This document shows, piece by piece, positions 1-11,254 of a DNA stretch of 64,000 nucleotides (position 1 is the stretch's first letter; each line of letters begins with the position of its first letter). This DNA comes from Camelus dromedarius (Eukaryota). Where the stretch lies: NCBI RefSeq assembly GCF_036321535.1, contig NC_087453.1, positions 40,734,001 to 40,798,000 on the forward strand, written 5' to 3'. Made by a program: the position numbers and the translations under genes. Under the pieces are notes generated by a model that saw only the letters and a program-made list of their open reading frames with translations, did no database searches and had not been told where the DNA came from.

Positions 1-14
1 AGTTCCTATGATGG

Positions 15-100
15 TCCCCGATTGACAGATGAGAAAATCAAAACAGAGGAAACTGAAAGGGTAACACCAGGACTCAAGCCTGCCTCTGACTCCAGAAACT
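15..100 (-). mobile_element. MIR SINE fragment
   Basis: CCCATTGACAGATGAGAAAA...GGACTCAAGCCTGCCTCTGACTCCAGA resembles the reverse-complemented MIR core. Confidence 0.55.
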
Positions 101-1530
101 TCCTCTTTCCATTTTGTGACGCTGCCTCTTAGAAGGTGAAAGCTTGTCAATCACTTAGCACCCTAGAAGGCACGCGATGCATCCTCAAAAGACGTGACAT
201 ATCATTATCATTATTGGATCCCCTCACAGCTTCTTGAAGAGTGCTTTGTGTAAGGTAGTTGTTTAATAAATTTACGTTGATTTGATTTGGAAAGAACTCT
301 GTTGTATCCTCTTGAGCTTCTAAGAGATGTATTCAGCGAGAGAGCCTCTTATATTTCAGGCTAATATGATTTGTGTGGCTGCTGTTAGATTAAGTTACTG
401 TCTTTTATTTACAGAAGAAGATTAAATGAATATGTCCAGATCTAAGAACTTCAAAATCCCCCTTGCTAAAAACTGTTTAGAAAATTGCCTTTATAAGACA
501 AGGGAGAGACCTCACAGGGCCCATTTCTAAAGTAACTGGATTTCACTAAGTGGTGCTTTTAGTATTTTCGAAACATGTGTTTAGAATTCTTTCCTGGTTC
601 TCTTTTTGCTAGCTCTAACATTCGCTGGTCCTCGGTATCTGATGGATTCCTACCCGGTGCGTTATGGCTTGCTTTTTCCTCTCGTTTTCAGCATCAATTT
701 GTTCACTTGTTTACAAAATGGGGAGCCTTACCCAAGGAATGCCAGAAGGGCAGCTTGGAGTCCATAAGTAAAATAAATCCTCAGTCAGAAAAATTGATGT
801 GGTTTCCTGCCCCACCTCTTTTGTTTTTATTTGAGCTATTTAAATAGTGGGAGAAGACTAGCCTATAAAAACAGTGTCAAACTCTAAATGCCAAGGTAAG
901 ATCGACAGAAATGAAAAACAATTTCCCCCAAGCACAACTGAAACCCATCTTTCTACCCCACCCTCAGAGGGTCCGATTCTCTAGGCTATAGTGGAAAAAA
1001 ACTTTGCTAAGATGGCCTAATTAATAGGCTTAGGTCTTCTGAATTTAGCCTTTGTGAGGTAACTGAAGGAAGTATGCTGGAATCAAAGGCCCTTGCCTTA
1101 GTTAACCATCTGGCTGCAAGCATCCTGGCCTGGCTGTCAGGATGGTAAATGATGGGTGTGTTGGGGCAGCAGAAAGCCTGGTCCTTGAAAGAAGCCACAG
1201 CCAGCCTCCCCTCAGTCATGATGAAGAACAGCCCTGTGAGTGACCTCAGTGCTGACTCCATTACAAGCTGACCACACCACAGGCAGTTTTTACCTTCCAT
1301 CAGTCTGGTTTTAATCACAAGGTAGGAGGAGGAACTATTTGAGTGAATAGGACGGGCTGGCTTTGGGGTTCCCGAGTCCTCAGAGTCTAGCATGAGCATG
1401 CGCTCCAAGGGGAGTGAACGTGGCTGAGACAACATGTTCATTCTAGTCCTAAGATCTGAATATTTTGCACATAATTAAACAACTAGCAGTAATCAGACTG
1501 AATGAAAATTGTAGTACTTATGACAGAAGT

Positions 1531-1945
1531 TGCATTAGTCAGGGCAAATTGCTGTCACAAACATCCCCAAATCTCAATGGCTTTACATAGTACAAGTTTA
1601 TCTGTCACTGATTCACCATCCGGTACGGAAAGGGGGGATAAAGTGCAACTCTGCTCCCCAGAGTTGTCTAGGGATTCAGGCACCTTCCTTTTAGCTGCAC
1701 CATCCCCTGGGACACCAGAGTCTTGCACTACAGCCTCTACACCCAGCCTGCAGACATAACAGATCGTGCGGAGGATGTGTGAAGGATTTTTAGGGATTAG
1801 ACACAGAAGTAGTTACATCACTTTTACTCAGACTTCTTTAAACAGAAGACAATCTCGTGACCACACATAACTAGAAGGGAGGCTGGAAAGAACTGTCTTG
1901 CTATATGCCCAGGAAGAAAAATAAATGGGCTTTGGTGAACCTGCC
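1531..1945 (-). mobile_element. MaLR LTR (MLT1 family, old subfamily)
   Basis: Begins TGCATTAGTCAGGG...CCCCAAATCTCAATGGCTT, typical of an MLT1 end; ends with GGAAGAAAAATAAATGGGCTTTGGTGAAC. Confidence 0.7.
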
Positions 1946-1999
1946 TATTTAAGGAGCAGTTTTCTTTTCCCCTATAGGATATTTACTTGGTAGGATAAG

Positions 2000-2113
2000 T
2001 CTTTTTAAATTTTATTTAATTTTTTTTTTCCTTAATGGTAGTACTGGTGATTGAACCCAGGACCTTGTCCATGCTAAGCACACACTCTACCACTGAGCTA
2101 AACCCCTCCCCTT
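2000..2113 (-). mobile_element. Camelid tRNA-derived SINE (Vic-1 type)
   Basis: Reverse complement GGGGAGGGGTTTAGCTCAGTGGTAGAG...GGGTTCAATCACCAGTAC with A and B boxes and an A-rich tail; 13-bp TSD TTGGTAGGATAAG at 1987-1999 and 2114-2126. Confidence 0.92.
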
Positions 2114-2674
2114 TTGGTAGGATAAGAGGCAAAGATAGTCTTACCTCTTTGGAAAACTGTGTTTAACTTTTCTTTTAGACTTTTGATATTGGAACTTTTT
2201 TTCAGTTGTAATTAGGTTAGGCATTTTGGGTTGGACTGAACACATTCTGTGTCAGTATGAATATTGACTATTGGTCCTCCATCCCCTCCCACCCTGGGAG
2301 ATGGGAAAAGTTCTGCTGAGTTAAATCTCACTCGTGGCCACTATTCAGTTTGCTGCCTTTTCAGCCTGACCCTCAGTGAAACTAAAGGAGCAGGTTTTCC
2401 AGCAGGCAGTCCTGAGAGAAGTGGATGGATTTTCAGATTCTGTGAATTGTTAACACTTCTAATACAGAAGCTCATCACTAGATTTGTGGCCACAACCTTG
2501 TGGCTGCATATTTAACTTCACTTTTTATTTTCTGATTCTTTGGCTTTAAAGTAGCCTGACTACTTCCTCAGTATTATTATTATTATTATTATTTTTTTTT
2601 TAGCTACACTGCTTTTCCTCTCAATTTTAATTGCATTTAATTCAATCGTATTAAACACCTACAAAAAGTCAGCT

Positions 2675-3245
2675 ATTAAGATAGCTGGGGATACACAAGA
2701 GAATAAACCACCTTCTGTGCCCTCAAGGAGCTGATGGACCAAGAGAGGAGACACACATTCTTCTGGGTTTATGTAATAACTATAAAACAATTTATAAGTG
2801 TGAAATTAGGGTATAAACCAGACTATTATGAGAACACAGAGAGACACTATTTTGTCCTGTGAAGGTTGTGAATGGTTTTTTAGAGGAGAAAACATTTGGA
2901 CTAGAAGTTGAAAAATGAGAAAGACCTTGTTAGGCAGAAAAGAAAAGGGGAGGGGTAACCAGATAGCCTTGGTAGAGAGTACTTTGCAAAGAAGTCACGG
3001 TGTGTTTAGGGAATCGTGAGGATTTAGATGTGTGAGGAGAAAGAATGGGAGAATATGAGGTTGGAAGGGTAAATTGGAACCACATTTGTGAAGAGTCTAA
3101 AAGATCATAATTTGGAATTAAGCATTTTGTAATATAAGATATGGGGAATAGCAAATATTTCTTTGGTGGGGAAGTAATACAATCAGATTTACATTTTATG
3201 AAAATAAGTCTAGCAGAATAATTGACAATAGATTAGAGAATTTTA
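2675..3245 (-). mobile_element. L2 LINE fragment
   Basis: GCTGGGGATACA...TGCCCTCAAGGAGCT and downstream purine-rich L2 antisense hallmarks. Confidence 0.65.
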
Positions 3246-3739
3246 AGCTCATATTGAGTTTGTGCATACAGATATCCTTTTTCCCCTGTCTTTCAGTGAC
3301 ATAATACTTTAAAGCATAGAACTGATACAACTGATACCACCACTGCCTTTTTCTCTCACACATTTTTTGAAGGGTCACAAATATAGTTCTGAAATAATAT
3401 GAGATCATGTTTTAACCAATCAAAAATGTGTATACTTCCAGCTTTTGATAATGACAAAGTAGCTTGTGGGAACAGCCATCCCGCCAGCAGTATGTATAGA
3501 TTCTCGGCAAAATAGAAAAGCAATAACATGAAGTATGCATTGGCACTAGAGAGCAACTAGAAGCAGGCAATCCTTTTAAAGAAGGAACCCACACCAGGTG
3601 AAATCTACATTTAAATGGCTTGACCCTGAGGGCCCCTCTACTCAACCTGGAAAATGGCTGATGGAGTGAGAACCAAAAGCAATAGGTTTATAGACTTTAG
3701 GAATCACAAAACCGAATTCAGAGTCATCAGAATGACTAG

Positions 3740-5325
3740 TAATTGAGATGAGGATCCCAGAACGGGGAGAGTCACAGAGTGGGAGCCCCCAGATCTATAA
3801 ATGAATACCTCTTTAATCCTTGGCTGAGCCTTGAGCTGTGCTTATGCAGGGGAAGACTCAATGAAGCCCAGGAAACTAAAAGAGAGAAAAAAAAAAAAAG
3901 CTGGAAGGCTGAAAGCACTGAGCAGAGCATGATCATCTTTTCACCGTAGGGAGACAGAGTTTAGAATTTTAGTTACAGGGAGTTGGCAAACACCTTGGGA
4001 TTTCCACTGAAATCCCAGATGGTCCATGCTTTAGAGTAAGAGGACCACATCCTAGAACTAAGGGAAAAGCTGAAATAGACCTGCCTTAACAAAGCCTACA
4101 ACTAAGCCTCCCTGTTACCTGGCAGTAATTTAACTACCTGGTAAGACAAACTTCAATGCCATTTTGGCGTAAGAAAATAAAATCTAAAGCCTCTCCAACA
4201 TATTTGCAATGTTCTTACGCCATCAGTAATTACACATGCAAAGAAATAAGAAAATACGACCCAGAGTCATATGAAAAATCTGTTAATATAAGCAGATTCA
4301 TAGCTGACATAGATATTGAAATTAGCAGACAAGGACTTTAAAATTACCATGTGAAATCTATTAACATATTTATGTGAAATGATGGCTATAATAGGAGATG
4401 GGAAGTTTCAGAAGTGATGTGAAAACTGCATGAAATAGAACCGGGTGAAAATCTCAACAACTGAAAAAGTAAAATGTCTGAAATTAAAAAAAAGAATCTT
4501 AGTAGATTTAACACAACTCAGTAATAAAAAGACAATAAAAATTAGCAAAAGACATGAACAGACATTTCTAAAAAGAATATATAGGTATATATATAGCCAA
4601 TAAGCACTTGGCAAGATACTGATCATTAATCACCATGGAAATGCAAATTGAAAACACAATGAGATGCCCCTTTATGTCTACTATGATTACTAAAATTGAA
4701 ACAGCTGACAACAGCAAAGGATTGCCAAACTTGAACTCTCATACATTGCTGGGGTATAGGTAAATTGGTATGATTATCTGGGAAAGCTGTATGTTAGTTC
4801 TTTATCAAGAAAAACATATACCAACCCAGCAATTTTACTCAGAGGTATTTGTCCAATGGAAAACATAGAGCCACAAAAGGACTTGTGTAAGTATGAAGAT
4901 TTTTTCATAATAGTGAAAAATGTACATGCTCCATGTTCACTCACAAAGAATTATGGTATATTCAGCAATGGAATATTCCTCAGGAATAGAAAGATGTGAA
5001 GTACTGATGCATGCAACAACACAGCTGAATCTCAGAAATGTGCTGAGTGACAAAAGCTAGCCCCCCCTCCTACAGCTTTCATTTGAAGACTGAGATTATG
5101 TAACAGGTAAAATTTAGCTACGGTGAGCAAAATCAGAACCTGGGCGCCCTCTGGGTGATGAGAGGGGGAATCGGATGGAAAGGGGGCAGAAGAACTTTTG
5201 GGGATGATGGAGACATTTTGTATCTTTATTGGCATCATTGCTGCATGAGTGTATACATTTGTTAAAACTCATCAAAGCTGTACTTAAAATCGGTGCATTT
5301 AATTGCACGTGCTTTATAACTCGTA
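3740..5325 (+). mobile_element. Old L1 (L1M/L1ME-like): 5' region joined to ORF2 end and 3' UTR
   Basis: L1M 5'-like sequence, then CAACTCAGTAATAAAAAGAC...GACATGAACAGACATTTC, ATGCAAATTGAAAACACAATGAGA, and an L1ME-like 3' UTR (GGGGATGATGGAGACATTTTGTATC...TTTGTTAAAACTCATCA). Confidence 0.8.
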
Positions 5326-5426
5326 GGTAGAATTGATGGGAATTAAAAAGTAATGTAATATGGTGGTTCCACATGCCACATGTAGGAATTGAGGTAAGGC
5401 TGCCTGGATTCGAGTTCCGAAGAGAG

Positions 5427-5640
5427 TGAGCTGAAACGGTAAAGAGCGTGGTTGCTACATCAGACAGACCTGGGGTTTTGAATCACGTTGCCAACACTTT
5501 GTGAATGCAGGCAAGGTACTAACCTCCTCTATGCTCCTGGAAGATGGAGACTATAAAATTAGTGTCTACCTTATGAGGCTGTCCGCTGTATAGTGCCTGG
5601 CACGTGGATGCCCTCAATACATTAAGCTGTACTCATTATC
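5427..5640 (+). mobile_element. MIR SINE
   Basis: GGTAAAGAGCGTGG...CAGACAGACCTGGG...TAGTGCCTGGCAC...CTCAATA follows MIR order. Confidence 0.65.
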
Positions 5641-6474
5641 ATTCAATAGCTCTTCAGCCAGACTTTCATTGCCCTAACGCAGTCAAGAATGCTCGTATAA
5701 CCATGAAGATTTTGAGAATTAGATATTTACAAACTGCATTTGGCTGCAATCTAAATAATGCAGGCAATACTCGACAGCACAGGATTAAGTACACTAGCGA
5801 ATCCTATATTAGTTATCCATTTCAAACTAAGTAATGACCTCGTTGCCCAGAAAGAAAATACTCACATTAAAATAGTTTTCTTGATGCTCTTGTAAAAAAA
5901 TTTAAACATAGAGAAATTAGGACCTAATATTTTTCTTAAATAGTCTCATCCTCTTTTTCCCATCCCATAATCACTTGTATTTTGGTATATATCTTTCCAG
6001 TACATATACATGCATATGTGTGTAAGTGTGTGTGCATAATTTTGTAAGCAAAATTGTGACTATATTATATATGTATATATCATATATATACATATATATA
6101 TTATTTTTTTTAAACCTGGCATTTCACTTAGAAATCTTTTCATGTTTAGGATTGATGCTGTTAACATATAGAGTTGACCTGTTCTTTTTAACAACTGCAT
6201 AAGAGTTCACAGAGTAAAAACGCTATGTGAAAGAGTGAACAAAATTAATCAACCTTTTTTTGTAAGAGAAAAATTGTATGTGTGAGTGTGTGTGCACACA
6301 AACAGTGGAAGAATAAACATGAGTGTTGAAGAGTTCCCTCTAGGTGGGAGGGTAAATGGTAGTTTTCATGGTCTTCTTGCTCCTTTTTATTTTTCATTTT
6401 TATATAAGAAAAATACTTTAAAGTTTACACAAAATTTTCACCTAAGGAGTTTAAGATAATAACTACCATCAGCG

Positions 6475-6670
6475 GGGTACCTTACACTGTACCAAACACC
6501 ATGCTGGTGCCCCTCAAGCAGTGTATTCTTCAAACTCCATGCACAGCCTTGTTAGGTACAGCCGTCATTGGCACTGATTTATAAGGGAACTGGGGCTTGA
6601 ACATCATATGTCTGGTAAAGGGAGAGCCTGGATTTCAACCTGGTTTTTCTGAGATACCACAGTCTAGGGG
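6475..6670 (-). mobile_element. MIR SINE
   Basis: Degenerate reverse-complemented MIR (AGCCTGGATTTCAACCTGG). Confidence 0.45.
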
Positions 6671-7260
6671 CATCTGGAATGAGCTCATTTTGTTGTGAGG
6701 GTCTTTGAGGCTCAGGCTTATTCTCAAACTTCACAGGTGCGCAAATGGTGATGCAGTAAAGCCCAGATGAGCTAGTTTCCCTAGGAGATGTATTCAGCCT
6801 AAAGTGATATCTCCATGCCAGTCGGTGGTAGCAGAAGCCACTTGGCACTAGTTAATGAGACAGGCTCCTATCCAATATCCATCTTCCTCTCAAATGATAA
6901 ATGATAGTAATAATAACAATAAAATCAATGATCAATTACATGGAGTTGTGGACTGTGGAGAGAAGGGGAGATCTTCAGACCGCTAATATCCCAGTCTGTT
7001 TTCATAGCCCAGGTGACCATTACTCTCTTTCTGTCCCTTAACCCTTTGTTTCACAGTCTTGCAGTTCCTTTCCAACCAAGGGGCTCATCCGGTAACAACC
7101 AAATCTGGTGCATATGGACTGGCAGCCCTCCAGCTGTGTGGTTGCCCCCAACCCAGTCCAAAAGTTTTAATTTCCGGTGACATCAGATGTGTTTTTTCAA
7201 AAGGGGGTTCTCACTATGCAGGGCAGGTGTGGAGAGGGGGTCGAGATGAGAGCCAGACTG

Positions 7261-7440
7261 TGGATGAGACGGGTGGGAGGGGGCGCAGAGCCTGCCAGTT
7301 TCACGGAGCCCAGGTCACGTGAGGGCGGGGTGGTCCTGTGGACATTGTCAAGACCTCAGCTCCCCCCGCCCATCACCCGGCCGGTCAGATGCCCCGCAGA
7401 AACGCTGCACCCGCGTCATGCCGGTGAGCGGGGCAGGCAC
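7261..7440. promoter_or_regulatory. Small CpG/GC-rich patch with E-box and GC box
   Basis: 14 CpG in 180 bp (hand count); GTCACGTGAG at 7314-7323 abutting GGGCGGGG at 7323-7330. Function not demonstrated. Confidence 0.45.
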
Positions 7441-7940
7441 TTAGAGGTCTGGTACTCACTTCGATCGCTTTACTCTCTCAGGCTTGAGGTGACCACCAGT
7501 GTCCAGAGTGATGTTCTCACTTGCTTCTTGAACTTTTTTCCTTCTCTAACCTGTGGTGTGTTGGAGGCAACACTTAACCACCTCGGAAATAGACCTGGTA
7601 GCATTTCTTCCCAGTCCTGTGTTAGGTGACCTTGAGTTGAGAGCTTGAAACTGGACATGGTGGGGATATTTACACAATTGAAACTAGACAATGCTACAGA
7701 CCAGGGCTCCTCCACCCCAAGAGGACCTATAGTTTAATATTTAGCTGCATGCTGTTTCCATAATCCTCTACTTCTGCGCACCACACTAACCAGATGCATA
7801 GAGAGAAGAAGAGAAGAAACCAGTGTTTGAGGAATTGAACACCTTGGGATGTTTTCCATGGGACCAAGAGGAAAAAACTGAGTTCCTTATCTCTCCCTAT
7901 CCCAAATTTTACATTTATTTCCAAAAGGCTGAGTAATGGG

Positions 7941-7964
7941 CTCACTTTCTTCTCTCTCCTCTAG
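7941..7964 (+). promoter_or_regulatory. Branch point, polypyrimidine tract and 3' splice site of exon 5
   Basis: CTCAC (yUnAy, A at 7944) followed by TTTCTTCTCTCTCCTCTAG. Confidence 0.88.
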
Positions 7965-8081
7965 TGGATGGATGTATTCACAGAGCAGCCGGCCCCTGTT
8001 TGCTTGCTGAATGTCGTAACCTGAACGGCTGTGAAACCGGACAGGCAAAAATCACATGTGGCTATGACCTGCCTGCAAAAT
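7965..8081 (+). CDS. MACROD2: MACROD2 (mono-ADP-ribosylhydrolase, macrodomain) internal coding exon, orthologue of human exon 5; encodes (V)[38 protein letters not shown](Y)
   Basis: Translation matches the MACROD2 macrodomain segment that follows the GGGG loop. Bounded by a pyrimidine tract + CTAG acceptor (AG 7963-7964) and a GTGAGT donor at 8082. Length 117 nt, phase 1 at both ends, as I recall for human exon 5. Confidence 0.96.
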
Positions 8082-8087
8082 GTGAGT
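8079..8087 (+). promoter_or_regulatory. 5' splice donor of exon 5
   Basis: AAT|GTGAGT; intronic +1..+6 is the consensus. Confidence 0.9.
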
Positions 8088-11000
8088 ACGGCCCTCTGGA
8101 ACACTGTTTCAAAATCAGATGCATTCTCTTTACCTTGTTTCATTCTGCAAGTGTGTGACTGGAAGAAGAAATAGTAGTGGTGGTATTTAATTAAATGTGC
8201 TATAGTAAGATTTTGTATGTGGTAATGAAATGTGTTTTCCAGATATATATATACACGATGTTTAACTGTAGGTGATTTTTGTTCAGATCTTCGACAGTGT
8301 CTCTGAAACAGAAAAATAAAAATATGAGCAAAATAGACATTATACTATTTAAGTGCTACGGAGTGACAGCTGCTGGAAACAATGCCAATTTCTTATTCCT
8401 CGTTCGGGTTTCTTGATTGTGGATGTGTTCGGAGCAAAGGAGATCAAAGTGATGTATTGTGTTTTCAGCTGCCATGTAAAGGCTGATTGGCAATTACAGC
8501 CAAGGCATCTGTCACACTCGGCTTTCGGGAAAAGCCAATGGAATGTGGTTGTCAGTGCGAGAATGTATGTGCTCTTTGAATGTGGAATGGTCAAAATTTC
8601 CATTATATTTGAATGGAGAGAAGTATTGCATTTGATTGACCTTGTTGCCTAGTTGTTTAGCTGATGGGGTGGGGTGATGGAGTAAAAATACTGAAAGAGA
8701 AGCTGGTTAAAGGCACAGGTTTTTTTTTTTTTTATCACATAATCTTCAGGGTTTGGAGGGGGTGGAGGTAGAGGGTTTCATTGCACCATTAAGACGTGCA
8801 TTGATCTGGAAATTGGGAAACCAATTAGTTGTTTATTCCATTCACTTGCTTCTTATGATCCCTCCTGGGTCTGTGAATACGTTTTATGTCAAAGCAAAGT
8901 TGATTTTTGTTTCTGTTTTAGTAGTGGAGAAAATGTGACTAAAAAATGATAGCACATTCTTTGGGCTCCGTTTGGACAAATTGTGTAAGAATGAATTTCC
9001 CATGGATTTGTGTGAATGGAGAGCTGGTGTGATATTTTAAAGATTACTTTAAAGTCTGCTTAAATTTGAGGATTTTTAGTAAATAGTGCTATGTTAAAAT
9101 GCTGCTTTTCTTTGTAAACATTATAATACTGCATTCTATATTCCTCATAGTGCTTTGCGAGTGAAAGTATACCGACTATAGGCTGTTTATTTTCTCCTTT
9201 AACGACTGCTCGTTCTGCTTCCCTTGTTAGTGTTTTTTACCTTGTGCGAAAGAGTCAAATCATGTGCCAAATGGCCCTCTCCCCTACTTGGAATGTACAT
9301 TTATGTCAAAGCCCTTTGTTTGCAATGCCGTTCAGAGCAGCTGCCTCTCTGACTCCAAGGCCCTGAATGTGAAAGGTGATTTCCCTTTCCAGGCTGAGAT
9401 GGCTCCACGTTTACCAATATTGGCCATTCTTCCTTTTAACACCATACTACCTTTGTGATGTGATTGATACCACCCTGAGGACAAGCGGATTACTGATTAT
9501 TTTCAGACTGGTGTCTGTCCTTAAACCAAGGAATAAGGCCTGGCCTCCTTCTGAGTCACTGCTTTCTTTCTTACCAATTAAAGTACAAATCAAAAATTCT
9601 TCAACTCAGAGATTTCTGAAGACAGATAACCTCAGAATCACTAAATATGGCCAAAACAATGGTGTATGGATTGACACAGGATAACTTTGTTGAATGTGCT
9701 CGCTCCTGTTTGACATCCCTGTGTATCACTCATGCAGCTTAGTTCAGGGTTGCTGAAGACTTGGACGCACCAGGCACTGAGGTACAAGGGTCAGTCATAC
9801 CAATGCCTGTGCTTGAGGGCTTCCAGGGTTGGAATTCTTGGACATCCCGGGGCAAGTGAGTCTTTGTGAAACAAGGACTCTAGCTGTGGAAAGTCAGTCC
9901 ACAGGACTCAGTACAGAATCTGTGTGAGCTGACATCCTGAGTCAGGCAACTCACGTTCGGGCCCCTGGGCACCAGCCCACAGGGCACGTCTAGGAAAGAA
10001 TCATCCAGCAGACTAGAATTTTCCAGCCTGGAATGGCTGTGCCACCTCAAGAAAGTCACAAACATGGAATATTTGTGAACAGATCTTGGTGTATCTCTAT
10101 ATTCAAGAAGACTGATAATTTATTTTAAAAATGTAAAGAAAAGCAATGAAAGCAATACGAAATGAGTGGTAGTCACTCACATCTCCTGTATCACTTTGTA
10201 GTATTTCACAGTACTTTCACAAGCCATATTTTCAATTTTATTTTATAAACATTGTGTGCGTTCATTTTCCCTTTTCCTATCCCTGAGAGGTGTTTTTCTT
10301 TCTCATCAATTTGGTTCATCCATTTCAGAGTCATTAACAATCCACAGATGTGCTTTTGTAGAAAGAGAATGAAAAGGGAGCTCATTACATACTGTTTGGG
10401 TCATTTTCCCCTCCATATTTAATAATTCCATGACAGTTTGACAGCAGAGCCTAGTTCCTATCTGTCCTCTGTGACAGCGGTTTTATCATTTAAGGTACTA
10501 AAGCCATTCATCCAGTCACCAGTGATAATATCTTCGTGCATCAGCAATTTGTTTGGAAAATGCTATTGTCTGGGTTATAGACAAACTTGGTAATTTTCAA
10601 CTGGTCCTCGCTTCTTTTATGTTTGCTAAATTAATCTATTCATAAGTGCTTGTATTTGAATTAATTATACTTATAATCTGTGTCCTGTGATTCATCATGA
10701 TTGGTGGAATGATCAGCCTCAAAGATTTGGTGTTTCTTCACTGCTTGGATATTTTGAATGATTTCTTTTGATGTAGAATAGCCAGTCTTCTTTTCCAAAG
10801 TAATCTCAAGAGTGGAAAGGATATTGGCCAACATGGACTGATGGCTATCGCCAAGGAAAGGACCGAGGAAGCGGACTAAGTCCTGTTTATACAATTTGAC
10901 ATTTCGGTACCTCCTCCTTTATAAGATAAGATATTTTGGGGTTCATAATAAAAACCTAGATTTCTGTAGATTTTCAGAGGTTTGTCAACTGGTTAGATGT

Positions 11001-11254
11001 TTCTGTTCATGTTATCATTCTACCAGATGGTCAGCTTCATATGGGCAGGTTTGTCCGTCTCAGTCACAGTTCTAGGGTCAATATCAAGCATAGCATGTCC
11101 TAAATTTGCACTGAATTAATGTGAATGAATGGTGATCACATGAATGGTTCCAGACATTTTAACCTGGCAGATGGATTTTTACCTGTTGTTTCTACTTCTA
11201 ATTCTAATTCTTTCCCTCCTGCAAGCTGTTCTGCCCAGTCTTGGTAGATTAATA

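Larger units (their letters stand above)
1..7964 (+). other. MACROD2: MACROD2 intron upstream of exon 5 (3' part)
   Basis: Ends at the exon acceptor; no other MACROD2 peptide recognisable upstream in the window. Confidence 0.85.

Noticed and set aside
1007-1441. 144-aa minus-strand ORF
   Set aside because: No recognisable domain, splice structure or homology that I can identify; length is compatible with chance.
2484-2495. Perfect 12-bp palindrome TTGTGGCCACAA
   Set aside because: About 15 such palindromes are expected by chance in this window.
7964-8158. 64-aa ORF as a stand-alone gene
   Set aside because: It is exon 5 read through both splice sites; the start is the acceptor G plus TG, and the tail after AK is intronic.
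9696-9704. GTGCTCGCT, the start of U6 snRNA
   Set aside because: Only 9 bases match, then it diverges.
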